Position numbers and translations under genes: made by a program. The notes under the pieces are model-generated. The model worked only from the letters and a program-made list of their open reading frames with translations. It searched no databases and was not told the origin of the DNA. 64,000 nucleotides of DNA. It comes from Octopus vulgaris. Taxonomy: Eukaryota. Positions 40,751 through 56,543 of this stretch are shown here, in pieces (positions within the stretch are counted from its first letter, which is position 1; each line of letters opens with the position of its first letter). The stretch is from positions 125,240,001 to 125,304,000 of the forward strand of contig OX597818.1 of NCBI GenBank assembly GCA_951406725.2. The letters are read 5' to 3'.

Positions 40751-40924
40751 AGACACATGCACACACTCATTCCTATACGCGCATACTTACGTACATGCGT
40801 ACAGGTATACCGATATCTTTTCAAATAGTGAAAAATAAGTAAATAAGAAGAGTAAGTAGCATTACTAGTAACAGGTGTTATTTATTATTTTAATTTCGGA
40901 TTCCAGTTTCAGAATGAACGCGCG

Positions 40925-40956
<32 letters not shown>

Positions 40957-41014
40957 GAGATAGAGAGAGAGAGAGAGACTGGTAGGTAGGTAGGCAGGTA
41001 GGTAGGTAGGTAGG

Positions 41015-41061
<47 letters not shown>

Positions 41062-41067
41062 ATAGAT

Positions 41068-41113
<46 letters not shown>

Positions 41114-41561
41114 TGTTTGAAAGAGAGAAAGAGAGAGGGGAACTGAGTGAGAGAGAATGAGAGAGAGGATGAGAGAGAGGAGGCGATCGTGAGAAAAGAC
41201 GTGACATTGATACAGAATCAGAAGATGTGTTATGGCGGATGTGTACACGTTTAATTGGTTAGCTTCCGTTAGCCATTCGTAATGAACCGAGGAATGTATA
41301 TACGTTTTCATCGCGATGTTATTTTCAGTATTCTGTAACCAAATACTGGAATCCATTCGAAGATGTTTGGTGAGCAGACTGGAAAGAGTGTCGCTGCTAG
41401 ACACAGATGCAGAAGTGTATGAGTGAAGAAGGTTATAACTGTTACTAGCTCCAATACACACAACTTGACATTGTGTTATCGTTGTTGCTGTCATTATTTA
41501 GTCCCATATCAAACCTGATGGAGCAGTCATATTGTGAGAGATGTTCCAATCAAGACCATGT

Positions 41562-41606
<45 letters not shown>

Positions 41607-41610
<4 letters not shown>

Positions 41611-42560
41611 TATAGTGATATCCGCGTAAGCAGAAACAGAGTAACCACATACCAGTTCATTTGGGATGCCTCCCAAATTCTCCAACCTCCGCAGCAATGG
41701 CTCAAGAGCTAGTACATATAGAAACGGAGACAAGGGGCACCCCTGACGAACGGAGAGCTCGATCTTAAACGGCACCGACAGGTAACCGTTAATCTGAACT
41801 GTAGATTTGATGCTGCCATAAATGGCAGTAATCCATCCACGGAAGTCTTGGCCCCAGCCCAGCTGCCTAAGGGGCTGATGCTCTTTTTCTCTTTACATCC
41901 TGGGCGGACGTGGCCTTTTTCACTGCACTTAAAACAGCGCGGCCTACGTCCCTCTACGCTCCCTTTTACGCTCAGCCTCTCTCCTATGAACACCCTATCG
42001 GGAAGTCCTTCAAGTATTTCAGGGCTGGCTTGGACCACCATTTCAAGCGACTGGCCTTTCCAATATTTGGCCTCTTTTTTCTGTATTTGTAGTATTGACA
42101 TTTTTTCTTCCATGTCGTATGTTACGGCTGCTGCAATCGACAATACGTCCAAGTCAGCTGGGATCTCCTCCACTTTAATTTTCGCCGTTCTCCTGCCTAG
42201 ATAAGTTGACAGGAGAATCATTTCGTCATTTCCCAGTGTTAATGTCAACAGTTCTTTTGCTGTACTCTCGTCAGCAAATTGTGTTTCCACAGTAGAGCTT
42301 TTTTTACCGCATCCGACGTATCTTATTTTATTCCATATGGGTTGCATACACTTCTCTGTTACTTCGTATTTGACAGACATTATTCGTTTCTCCTTAAGAC
42401 TGTACGTCTTATAGAGTACAGTCTTGGCAGCTATATTCTGTAGTATATCTTGCAGAGGGAGCAATTTCGTATCACTCCGTTTTCTTTATCATATTCCGGT
42501 ATTTAAATAATTCCGCCATAGACACGTTCAAATTCGCCATGCTGCCGCCAACGGCAGCTG
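41607..42560 (-). pseudogene. Internally deleted Tx1/L1-like LINE: ORF1 with zinc knuckle joined to an RT fragment
   Basis: ORF 41709-42464 contains VEGRRPRCFKCSEKGHVRPGC (CCHC knuckle). ORF 41527-41775 contains VRQGCPLSPFLYVLALEPLL..SAYADI. Confidence 0.85.
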
Positions 42561-43306
42561 AAAAAGTGGGGTTTTTTTTTTTACCTTCTGAACCTGTTTC
42601 GTACTTTCTTTTTCGTTTTGTTTCGCCTTTTCCATCTCTTGGAAGTCCAGTATTAACTCTAAGTCAAATTCCATATTAATTACAAAAAATCCTTTAACAG
42701 GACACACAAATTTTCAAAGATTTTTTTCAAAAATTGACAAAAAATATTTTTTGCCAAAAGATTGTCTTTCACAAGAAATAATTTTTAGGCAGTATTAATT
42801 TTTACCCTGCAAAAGGGTAAAAATTAAAGTTCGCAGTTCTCCAACAATAACAGAATTTTCGGCCCCGCAGGGTGAAAAGAACTGTTAACAAACAACAGAG
42901 GTTCAAATTTCACAGGTTCAAGAACAATTCGACGGAATATCATTACAAAGAACAGCAGAAGTATAACATTAGAATTACCACAAAACGAACTCGCGAAGGA
43001 AGCAGCCGAAAAAACCAACAGGAATCAGCAGGTAGTGATGAAAACTCACTCTACTCGCAAAACACTATATGCTTTTACCAGCGACAAACCGTCGCTGATC
43101 TCAAAAAAGGAGAAATAAGTTATATTGAATCTCTGAGCGAGATGTAAACAGTAGCAATACGGACTTGTAACATAATTGGCAACCAGGTGTGGCGTCCTAT
43201 ACGGGACAATGCTATTGACGTTTATAGCCCCAGGAAGACGTCTCTTCCAGTGTCCGAGTAGTATTTGCGAGGGGAGGTCATCGCAATGTCCAATTGCGAG
43301 GGGAGG

Positions 43307-43356
<50 letters not shown>

Positions 43357-43361
<5 letters not shown>

Positions 43362-43923
43362 AAATACTAAATTTCTAAATCTCTCGTAGAGACATGTACG
43401 GTGGTGGGATAATAGAATGGTTGTATACTATCAATCTAACACGAACGTGACAGTAGGGGGGTACACCACCGCTGTATAGCACTAGGAAGCATCGACGCCT
43501 CCTGATGGCTTTGTACCCCCCTACTTCACGTTCGTATTAGATTGATAGTATACAACCATTCTATCGCCCCACCACCGTACATGTCTCTACGAGAGATTTA
43601 GAAATTTCGTATTTCTTATTTTGATAATCAGTGAATAGACTTCACTGAATTATAGATATATACAATACGAAGTCGAGACAAATATCGCCAGCTGACCGGT
43701 GTCTGCTACTCTAGGCTGATGAAGGACAATGATCCTGAAACACGTGTCCCTAGATGCAGCTCCGGCGGCCGGGGGTGTTTGTCTCCCCTTCGTAAATGTA
43801 TATAAGGACACAGGGAAAAATGTGTCAAAGCCATCAGGAGGCGTCGATGCTTCCTAGGGCTATACAGCGGTGGTGTACCCCCCTACTGTCACGTTCGTGT
43901 TAGATTGACAGTATACAACCATT
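43357..43923 (+). mobile_element. Retrozyme/pLTR-like unit (~362-bp monomer) with partial direct repeat and inverted 5' copy, in (TA)n
   Basis: 43513-43560 is repeated at 43875-43923. 43357-43513 is an inverted copy. Contains a canonical HHR. Confidence 0.85.
43710..43754 (+). ncRNA. Type-I hammerhead ribozyme, canonical core
   Basis: TCTAGG CTGATGA AGGA-caatga-TCCT GAAA CACGTG TC CCTAGA. Perfect stems I and II, palindromic stem III, predicted cleavage after C43748. Confidence 0.9.
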
Positions 43924-45439
43924 ATATGTATATATATATATATATATTAGTTGCAACCATTACTGTTCCGTTCTCTAAGGGATATCTAGCGCTGTGTTCT
44001 ATGTGTTCCTTCATTTTTTTCATCTGAAGGAAATTTAGCTGACATCTATTATCAGTGTTATGTTCGAGGGACCATGGCTGGCATGAATGGTAGAGCTCTG
44101 AGCTCTGGGTCATATGGATTAACGGGCTCAGGTTTGGATCTGTGGTTAAGAAATTTGTTTCTCAGTTACTTGGTTTCGGGTTTCTGTCCGACTAAGTTGT
44201 CCTTTGAGCAAGTGTTTACTAGTTTTCTATCGTATTCCTTGAAATGATTATCCAACATTTTTTCATTTTTGCACATCAAATACCAAAATACAATATCGAA
44301 TGTATCTTCACATTGTTGAAATAGCAAGCAGTGATTAGAAGCAGATCCGGCTGCTATTACTAGCAGATATAAATGCCGCGTAAGCATCAAACCCTTACTT
44401 CATTGCTAACGTTTTGTGTTTTGTGATAAAAAGGGATTTTTCAGGGAGTTCGCTGCTGTTACATATAACATATGACTAAATATATTACGCAGGCTGTATT
44501 GTAGTTGTTAAGTGATTAAGAAAGCTTAGTTTTCGGATCAGCATTAAATGTTAGGGGTGGATGGTAAGGGAATTAGCACCTTTGTTATATTTGGTTGGTG
44601 GAGGTGGGAGGGTGGTGATAGTGGTGGTGGAGTGTGGTGGTGGAGTGTGGTAGAATTTGGTGGTGACGGTGGTGGTGGTGGTGGTGGTGATGGTGATGGT
44701 GGTGTAATGGTGGTGATGGTAGTGTAATGGTGGTGATGGTGGTGGTAGAGTGTGGTAGCGGTGGTGGCGTGTGATGGTGATGATGATGGTGGTGATGGTG
44801 GTGGTGGTGATGGTGGTGGTAGTGATGGTGGAGTGTGGTAGAATGCAGTGGTGATTGTGGTGGTGGTGGTGGTGGTGATGGTGGTGTGATGGTGATGGTA
44901 GTGATGGTGGTGGTGAAGTGTGGTAGTGGTGGTGGAGTGTGATGGTGATGAAGATGGTGGTGATGATAGTGGTGGTGATGATGGTGGTGGTGGTGGTTGT
45001 GATGGTTGTTGTGGTGGCGTTTGTGGTATTCTGGCTTAGGGATCTGTTCTTTGTTAAATTGAGTGTGGGAGGGAAACATAAGGAGAGAGAGAGAAAGAGA
45101 GAAAAAAGAGAGAGCGAAAGACAGAGAGGAAAAAGACGTGAAGAGAGGGAGGGAGAGAAAGAATGGAGAAAGATATAGAAAGGGGGCGATAGAAAGAGTG
45201 AGAGAGTTTGCATAATGTAAACAGGACAAGACGTGAGGTCAAATCCTACGGAAGGTAATAAGACGAGTCTCGGGTTAGAAAATATCCGATCTTAAGTTTC
45301 TTGAGAACATGGAATATTTCAAAAGTAAACGAAAAAGAAACCCAAAACAAAAACGAAACAAAAAACAAAAAAACCCAGCCTGTGTTCTTTTTGTTTGTGC
45401 GTTTATGTGTCTCTGTATTTATGTGTGTGCTTATGTGTC

Positions 45440-45484
<45 letters not shown>

Positions 45485-45610
45485 CATACAAAGAGATTAG
45501 AAGATTCGAAAAACCGTTCTGGTAGATGTATGTGATGTACAAAGAAGACTGGTATGTGTGATATTATTTGGAAGGTTAAGTACCGCATACAGTTATACTT
45601 GCATACGATA

Positions 45611-45641
<31 letters not shown>

Positions 45642-45658
45642 CATACATATCCATGCAG

Positions 45659-45747
<89 letters not shown>

Positions 45748-46456
45748 TTATGTACGTATGTATGTATGTATGTATGTATGTATGTATGTATGTATGTGTG
45801 TATGTATGTGTGTATGTGTGTATGTATGTATGTGTGTATGTATGTATTTACGCATATAATATTTCGGTATGTTATGTGTATTAGTATCTGTGTGTACCTT
45901 TGTTTTCGAATTCTTCTGATTCGTTCTGTAAAAGAGGAGCTGGAATTTTAAGAAACAAAAAAATGCAAAAGACAAAACAAGAGATCCATCGCTAGAATTT
46001 AGATAACAGCGACAACAAAGAATTACATGTGGAGTTCTTTATTCTAAGTACCCTCACCATATTCCCATGAACTCGCTACCTCAGGATTACATATATACAA
46101 ACATATATATATATGTATACCTATTTATCTAGCTAGCTAGCTCTATCTATCTATATGTATATATATAAATATATACGTATATATACACATATATATGTAT
46201 ATATATATACACTTATATAAATAATATATAAATATATGCATATATACATACATATATGTACATACCTACACATATATATATGTATATATATATATGTATA
46301 TATATATATGTGTATATATATGTGTATATATATATATGTATATATATATATATGTATATGTGTGTATATATATATGTATATATATATGTTGTATATATAT
46401 ATATGTATATATATATGTATATATATATATGTATATATATATATTATATATATATA

Positions 46457-46809
<353 letters not shown>

Positions 46810-48470
46810 ATATGAGTACAGGACATCAAAAATCGTTGAACACAATGAGAAACGAAAACATAAAAACAAAAACATAGAAAACGAACTTTTTTCGAACAAG
46901 GAAAAAAAACAGAGAAAGGAGACATGCAACAAAGAATATTCCCCTTCATCAGTTGTCCCTGTTTCATCTCAGATGGAATTTGTCCCCTTCGATATGTTGC
47001 TAACAGTGAATAATACGTTCACTGATATTATAAAAATCATGCCAGGCTGAAATAAACTGCAAGACACTCATACACACGAAAAAAAAGATTGTAGGCTCAA
47101 GGCATTCTTAAATGTTATCTATAAATTGTACATAGATCGCTTGAATGATTTCCTGCAAGATCATTGTAAAACAAACGAAGTTTAAGAAGCTGATTCGAGG
47201 AAAGAAAATTTGCGAGATGTACCAAAATGACAGCTTGTCTGTAATGTTGTTCGATTTTGCAAGTGATCTTCTGGACAGCTCTGTTGATGACATTCCCAAG
47301 TTACATGTTAGGATCAGCAGGGAAGACGAAAATTATTGTCACTGATGCGTGTTTGTGTTGATCTCAAAGTTGCATTCAAGTAATAAGCCTGATGATCAGC
47401 GGCAATTAGAACTAGCTACAATATTCTTACGGGAGGTACATAAAAATTCAAAAGGCCAAAAATACCTTGAAATTGATGAGAAAGCTGCACACATCGATAT
47501 TACAAGAAAAAGCGAGTGATAAAGGACTACTTCAGTAAATTTCGTGAGATATAGAAGTAAAGTAATCTGAAGATATACCTTATAGTTTTAACAATGCTAG
47601 TAATGGTATCAACATTTGAGATAATAGGGAGAATAGTAGAAGAAATTCGCAATTTGAACATAAAAACTTAGTAAAATATTGGTTTCAAATTTTGGTACAA
47701 GACCAGCAGGCCTGGAGAGGGATTAAATCGTCCCCAGTATTTAACTGGTACTTATTTTATCGACCTCGAAAGGATGAAAGGTAAAATCGAACTGGGCGGA
47801 ATTTGAACTCAGAACGTAGCGACGGGCGAAATAAATACCGCTGTTCATTTCGACACCTAGTCAATAATAAAGGGAGATATGAGAATATTATGTGTACTCA
47901 ACATCTTATACAAGTGGTTGCTCGGAGTATACAGCTGTTTTACGTGTCCTTAGGCTTGCTGGATTAAATTGTATAGAAACGAATGAATGCATTCACTAGC
48001 AATCAATCAGTCAAACAATCAATGTATCTATCTATCTGTATGTATGTCTATCTATCTATCTAATTATCTGTTTAACTCCTATTTGTTCTCGTTCGCAAAA
48101 TATTTGTTTCGATTGTTTGTTCTCTTTCTAATTTTCTTTTACTCACATATACAAGATACAATTACATATGGTTGTTTATGTGAATATTTGCGAAAAGTGA
48201 TATATTTTTATCAGGTCGTCTCTGTATTGTCTAACTCTTTGACTCTTTCATATTTTCTCTCTCTCTCATGTATGTATGTATGTATGTATGTATGTATGTA
48301 TGTATGTATGTATGTATGTATGTATGTATGTATGTATGTATGTATGTATGTATGTATGTATGTATGTATGTATGTATGTATGTATGTATGTATGTATGTA
48401 TGTATGTATGTATGTATGTATGTATGTATGTATGTATGTATGTATGTATGTATGTATGTATGTATGTATG

Positions 48471-48516
<46 letters not shown>

Positions 48517-48751
48517 CAGAAGCGCATATATATATATATTCATATACTCTTGATTCAACACATATATATATTCATATACTCTTGATTACCCACAACTAAG
48601 TAGACAGATAAGCAAATAGATACCCAAACACATACGCACATACCTAGAAACCTGTGTGTACTCGTGCGTGAGTATTTATTTATACATGTATACATACACC
48701 TACATGCACATATATACATACATAGAGATGCACATAGACTCTCAGACACTA

Positions 48752-48783
<32 letters not shown>

Positions 48784-48836
48784 TATATATATATATACGT
48801 ACGTGTCTGTATGTATATATATTTATGTACAGTTGA

Positions 48837-49362
<526 letters not shown>

Positions 49363-49401
49363 ATGGAATTCAACGTGTTTTATTTTCACAAGACTGTGTG
49401 G

Positions 49402-49507
<106 letters not shown>

Positions 49508-50204
49508 ATATCCACACAGTCTTGTGAAAATAAAACACGTTGAATTCCATTATAAATATTTACTTTCCGGAATTACACAAAATTTAAAATTATACGTAAA
49601 ACACGTTAGAATTCTCTAAAGACCAATATAATGTTTAGGCAAAATAGATTATGTTTATCACACCAGAATATAAAAATAAATAGATAACCAAATACGAGTT
49701 TGTCATGGAATATTGCCCTGTCATGTATTAAAACTCTGTTAACGAAACCAAGAAAATTCTTCAGGAAACAGATGGTACGAAATACGAAATTTCTTTACTT
49801 ATGACCTCGAATCTATATAACACGCAACATTACATGCAAGCATACGGCCAGATTACATACATCTCAGCTCTTTATATATATATATATATATATATATATC
49901 GAAATATCGAACACACATGCACAAGGTATGTGTTTCGCTAGTTCGTGGGTAGGTTGCTCTTATAGGCGTTAGAGAATATATTCTCTTAAATGTGCCCGGT
50001 ATTAAAACCCCTGGGAGTCATAGACAAGCCAGATAACTCGCTCTAGATCCAATTGAGGAGGTTTAGACCTCAATGTTTCGTCATTTTTGTGACTTGTGAA
50101 TACCGCCTCATGTACATTATCTTCCATTTTCCTGAGCGCCTAATAATAATAATACTGTAATTGTTCCACGTGTTGTTGTTTTTTCTGTTTTCCCGTTTGG
50201 ATTA

Positions 50205-50235
<31 letters not shown>

Positions 50236-50412
50236 TCCGGCAGGGGGTGGTGGCGACCCCTGCTGTACTCTTTCGCCACAACTTTCTCTCACTCTTTCTT
50301 CTGTTGGCCTGCTCGCTTAGCCAGCGGGGTGGCGTCATTTGAAGGCTAAAACAATGCGAAGCGCATTGTGACCAGCGATGTGTAACAACATCTGATAGCC
50401 TGGTCAGTCACG

Positions 50413-50417
<5 letters not shown>
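50236..50417 (+). mobile_element. 5'-truncated SINE family C relative
   Basis: ACTCTTTCGCCACAACTTTCTCTC is shared with 28345-28370(-). Confidence 0.7.
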
Positions 50418-50460
<43 letters not shown>

Positions 50461-50776
50461 GTAATGTATATATGTATGTATATATATCCTGCAGATATAT
50501 ATTAACAAGTGAAACCAATGGTACATAGGTATTGGTTTTTTATTTCGTATATTTTCATTTGTCTTGCTTATTTTTACATTTTGTTTTTTTTTTTTTTTCT
50601 TGAGAACACATTTTTCTGATAATGGCGATTTGAGGTCTATGTTTAGCATATAGAGTGTCCACTTTAGTGGTCAGTCCTCTAAATTTTGTATGTAACACAA
50701 TTTTTAATCTTCGGATTTTTTAAAATATGCTAAGCCACTGGTTTTAATTAATTAATATTAATTTCTACCCTTATTA

Positions 50777-50842
<66 letters not shown>

Positions 50843-50880
50843 TAATAAGGGTAGAAATTAATATATATATATATATATAC

Positions 50881-50924
<44 letters not shown>

Positions 50925-51729
50925 CTTTATATATATATATAAATGGGTGCATGTCCATGTGTGAATATTTATATATGGACGTATGTATACGAATGAGTAC
51001 ATATATACATACATCCATACTCATACATATACATGTATGCATATACGTGAATATTCATACATTTTACACATGCATACATATTCATATGCATACTACTACC
51101 CACACTCATACATATATATATATATATATATATATTTACACGCGGCCTTCACACTGTAAAGACACACATTCGTGTTCCCATGCGCTGCCAGAACCTCCTC
51201 CGTCTAAGCCAGAAAAAGGCCTTTTCGTTTGTTTTTCTTGTTTGTTTTCTTGTTTATTTTTATTTCTCGTATTGTATTTTCTTGTACATGTATTTTTATC
51301 TTGTATTTTATTTTGTAGTTTTATTTGTATCGTTTTTACGTCCTGTTTGTGTTACATTTTTTCTTGCTTGTTTTTACCCCTCTGCGAGGTAATTTTATTT
51401 TAATTCTCTCGCAGGAAGGACTAGTTTGACGAGTCGTGTTCTGTCTTGCCTTCGAAACACGCTAGAGTCGAACTAGTGACAGCTGATGAAGGGGATTTTT
51501 CCTTCTCTGTTTTTCTATTGTAAAAAGATGGTTTTTCCGTTTTCGTTTCCCGTTGAGTTCTACGCCTAGTTGCGGTGTCCTGTACTCACGTATATATATA
51601 TTTATATATGCATGTATATATACATGTAGATGTAGGTACGTACATATATGTTTGTATGTATGCATATATTTTATTTATTACACTATATATATATATGCAT
51701 ATATACATATATATGTATATATATATATG

Positions 51730-51793
<64 letters not shown>

Positions 51794-51803
51794 CATATAT
51801 GTT

Positions 51804-51834
<31 letters not shown>

Positions 51835-52566
51835 TTGACTGCATTATTATGTAGATGAAGAGTAATATGTCGAGCAATATGCCCGTCCTTATGTTCTGAG
51901 TTCAAATTCCGCCGAAGTAGATGTCGACAGAATGAACACCAGTTGAGCACTAGGGGCGATGTAATCGTCTCGCCTCTTCCCCTAAAATTACAGGTCTTGT
52001 GCCTATAATAGAAAGGATTTTTATTATACACATAAAAGGATGCATATAAGTAGATGCTTATATATGCATCCATAGATATTAACATCTATGCACTCATACA
52101 CACACATACGCATACGTACATGCATTGTCTCATTTATGCATGCGTAATACATATATAAATTCAGGCGTATACACAGTAGTATATAATGAAAAGTTACACT
52201 ATTCTGATATACATACTGTGCTTGTGTTTCATGTGTCTATATAATATTATATACACAATGAGATGTCCGGTTCACAAATGTGACATATATACATTCATTC
52301 ATACATACATACATACATACATACATACATACATGTATATGTATATACATACATATATGTATATAAATACATATATGTATATACATGTATGTATGTATGT
52401 ATGTATGTATGTATCTATGTATGTCTGCATGTATGTATATGTGTATGTGGGTACGCGCTCATGGATGTATATGTGCATTAGTAATTATACATATGGCAAA
52501 ATATATATACATACATGTTATATCTTTTTAAACCACTATTCATTATTATTTCAAATTAGAGGCCTT

Positions 52567-52597
<31 letters not shown>

Positions 52598-52670
52598 TTA
52601 TATTGAGAGAGAGAGAGTAAGGCAGAGAGAAAGAGAGAGAGAGAAAGTGAGAGAGAAAACGAAATAGATT

Positions 52671-52721
<51 letters not shown>

Positions 52722-53237
52722 GAGACATAGATACGTACACACATATGTATGTATGTGTATGAGTGCAAGTATATGTATTGTATATATTTCATATATTAGG
52801 TTACACAGTAATAAATGTATATACACGTCGCACGAAACTGAGTAAATATTTATACTTGGGTGCATGTATGCACACGAGTGTGAAAATATGTTTATGATAT
52901 ATATTTATATGAATATCAATGTTTGTTTTTAGGTCAAGTTATAATAAAAGCAGTTTTACACAAAACTGAAGAATTATTCAATACTGTTTAAAGAGTCCAC
53001 ATTTATTATACTTTTACAAGAAAATAGTTAACAGTGACTTCGAATTTTTGACCTGTTAGCCATTCATCGGAGTGCAGCACACTTGGTTTTATTTTGGTTT
53101 TATATTGTCGCTAATGAGTTGTTTTCTTTTTCTGGGTTATGTGGAACAATGTGTAAAAGTAATTAAGTTTAGTGCATGTACGTCTGGAAAATATATAGTA
53201 CTAGAGACTACATAAAGTCAAGATGGACACAAATGTT

Positions 53238-53287
53238 GTGCAGTCTGATGAGGGCTCATAGGCCGAAACTGTGAAGTCTCTGTTACA
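53238..53287 (+). ncRNA. Type-I hammerhead ribozyme motif
   Basis: GTGCAGT CTGATGA G GGC-tcatag-GCC GAAA CT-gtga-AG TC TCTGTTAC. The first pair of stem I is a U-U mismatch. Confidence 0.65.
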
Positions 53288-55652
53288 CCTTTTCTTGTAA
53301 AACTAATATATGTATAATATGTGAGGTGGTGAGCTTGCAGAATCGTTTGCAGGCCGAGCAAAATGCTTAGCAGTGCTTCGTTCGTCTTTACGTTGAGTTC
53401 TAATTCCGCCGAGCTCCACTTAGCCATTCATATTTACGGAGTCGATAAAATAACTGTTGATCACTGGGGTCGATGTAAGCAACTTGCTTACTCTTCTGAA
53501 CTTTCTGCGCTTGTGCCAAATTCGAACCCATGAACCTAATATATATATATATATATATATATAGCGTAGGCAGCTAGACGCAATATAAAGCTCAAAAGAA
53601 AAAATCCAATCGTCATTAATTGTGACTAAGGGTGCTGGAAATAAGAGTTAAAACCCTTAGAACTGCAAGGAAGCACATTTTCATATATTGACAGGGATAA
53701 TAACCACCCTATGAAGTTTTTCCTTTATATATCATTCAACCACGGTAGTGGTTGAATATATTCTTAAGTCTACCATTTAGTCGATTACAGCAACTTCCAA
53801 GTTTCACCACTAATTCAATTCTTAACTAAATTGCGAGCTTTAAAGAGGACACTTCCTCAGCTACACTTTGGCATAAATAATTTGAGATTCGGTTCAGTAG
53901 AAAAAAAGTTACATCAAAATATGTGAGGTCTAAGGTGGGCAGTAAAGCACCTATTCATCTTCAATTAGCATAATTTTTTTATTTTAAAGTCAAAGCATGC
54001 TTTTCTTAGGCTTAAATGATAGAAAAATGCATGAGAAATCCAGAATCGTTGAACAAAAATTGGTAGAAAAAAGTTAAATGACATGAAATTTATTGTCAGT
54101 AAGTGAGGAAGTAAGAAATAACGCTGTCTTTTCGTTCTGAGTTCAAATTCCACCGAGGTCGACTTTACCTTTCGTGCATTTTATTTAATAAATTTATTTT
54201 TAATATGCTGTTGAATTAGGGTAAGTTTTACTTTTATTATTAATTTTCTCTTTCAGCTTTAATTAACTTGCTTTCTACCTTTTTTTGCTTTTTCTTTTTA
54301 GTTGCTTTCCCTTTCTTTTTAATTAATTATTTAATCAGGCTAGTTCATTAATGTCTTTTATGCTTCAGATATGTGCATCTAAATTTATTGGGACAGGAAT
54401 ATAGTAATTTTTGGCTGTGTTTCTAAGGGCAGACCTGAAGGCATGTAGTAAGGCTGTCCAGAAAAGGCATTGATTAAAAGTGCCTATATTCTAAATTTAA
54501 TTTTTAAGTTTCAAATTTAATTAAAAGGGATTTTTCATAAATCAAGTTTATATTAATGGGATGTAGGCAATTTTAACTTGTGTGTATCTGATATGCTTGA
54601 ATAATTACTGTTGTATTGAATAATTATTAATATATCTAGATTAGCGACAGTCAGTGTTGTTATTACCAACTCAAAATCTAGGTTACTTAAAATAAGCCAA
54701 GTAACTGATGGTTTTGTGGTCTTGTTGTTTGTAACTTTTGATGAGCCATGGTGCAACCAACAAGATGGTAAAATTCCTCGTCATTAATTTCTTGTGGATG
54801 GGTAATATCAAATAATTCAATCATAACGTATATTTAAATTAAACATGAAAAAAATTGAAATATTATCATCACTTACATGAAAAAATTGAAATATTATCTT
54901 TCAGTATTTTATGAGTTAAAATCTTAAATTATTACTTGACACATTATTAATTATCTTATAGCAGCAATGCCTAGAAAAATCATGGATTACATGGAAAAAT
55001 GCGAGCATGAAAAGTAATATTCTGAAGATTATAAACCTGGAAAAGTACAGGACAAGTTATTACTTCTAGTAAAGTAAAGAATAAGAAACATTTAGAAGAA
55101 TCGTTAGCACATCGGTTAAGATGCTTCGCGGCATTTCTTCTGGCTTTACGATCTGAGTTCAAATTCTAGTGAGGTCGAACTCGCCTTTCATCTTTGCGGG
55201 GTTGCTAAAAATAAATATGTCGTGCATTGGGTGTCGATGTGATCGACTACCATCCTAACTCCAAAATTTCAGTTCTTTTATAGAAAGAATTATGATTAAT
55301 TTATATGAAGAAATGAGTTGTATTGTTTCTTTTTTTCTGTTAGATGTGTTTCATTAAGATGTAAGATGCTTAGGCGGCAAGCTTCAGAATCTTTAGCACA
55401 AGCATAATTTCTTTCTACTCTTTACGTTCTAAGTTCAAATTCCACCGAGGTCGTCTCTGTCTGTCCTCCATTCAGGATCGATAAATTAAGTACCAGCTGA
55501 GCACTAAGGTCGATGTAGTTGACTAATGCCTTATCACCAAAACTGCCAACTTTTCCCAAAATTTGAAACTACTATGATGTAAAACGCTAGCATATATTTA
55601 CTGAACATTTGTAAAGAAATGACTTTTTCGAAAAGATTAAGACAGCTTAGAC

Positions 55653-55899
55653 CAGTCGTTTTAGACCCCATTTGATTCTTATTTTACACAGATAGACCCT
55701 CATATCCATTCAATATTTTAAAAGCCCTATTATATTTTTATAATTAAATATTGTTAGGAATTGTATTAAAAAATTGTTTAAAATATTTTGTGTATTGCAG
55801 ATGTATAACCAGTTTATTGTACATACGAACAGCAAAATTTTATGTTGAACCCTATTTTACCACAACCAGGGCGATATGGACCCCGTTTGAGGACCATTG
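55653..55899 (+). mobile_element. hAT MITE, same family as 33208
   Basis: Homologous body; TSD GCTTAGAC/GCTAAGAC. Confidence 0.7.
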
Positions 55900-56543
55900 G
55901 CTAAGACCAATGGAATATTTTTATTTACAAGATGAAATTTGATTATCAGATCTGTGTGTGTGCTTTAATAGCAGCATCTAGGGATGCAAGTTCTTATTAT
56001 ATAAGTGCTGATTTTATTATAACCTTGAGAAAAATCGAGTCAGATGTTTTTCCATAATGAAATCACAATACTACAAAGATTTCTGCGGTGCTTTATGATT
56101 TTGTTATCGCAGCACATCTTTATTAATTTGAAACGTTTCGGTAAATTCCCACGCTTCCTCCTTTTTATCGCGCCTCTTCATCGCAATGTATACATATCTA
56201 TTTCCTTTCTTTCATTTACAGATATTTTCCTATTACAAAAGAGCTGGTTATTAACATAAAACAAAACTCTGCCATTGAAATTTAGATAAAAATGAAAGAA
56301 TTACGTATTGAATTTCAGAAGCGTTTTCTATATTTTCACCGTTCTATCTTCAAACTGAATATAAGTTAGATTGAATCCGGGTTATTATTTTTTTACAGTT
56401 TAGTCAGAGAAAGAAGAGAAGCTTCTGTGACGAGTTTTAGGACATTTGAGATTGATGGGAGGCAGGGAAGAATTTATTCTCAGAAGCGGAAGCTGATCCG
56501 ATTTCTCGCAAAAAGGTAGGCTTTGTACACAATGATGGTTTCT

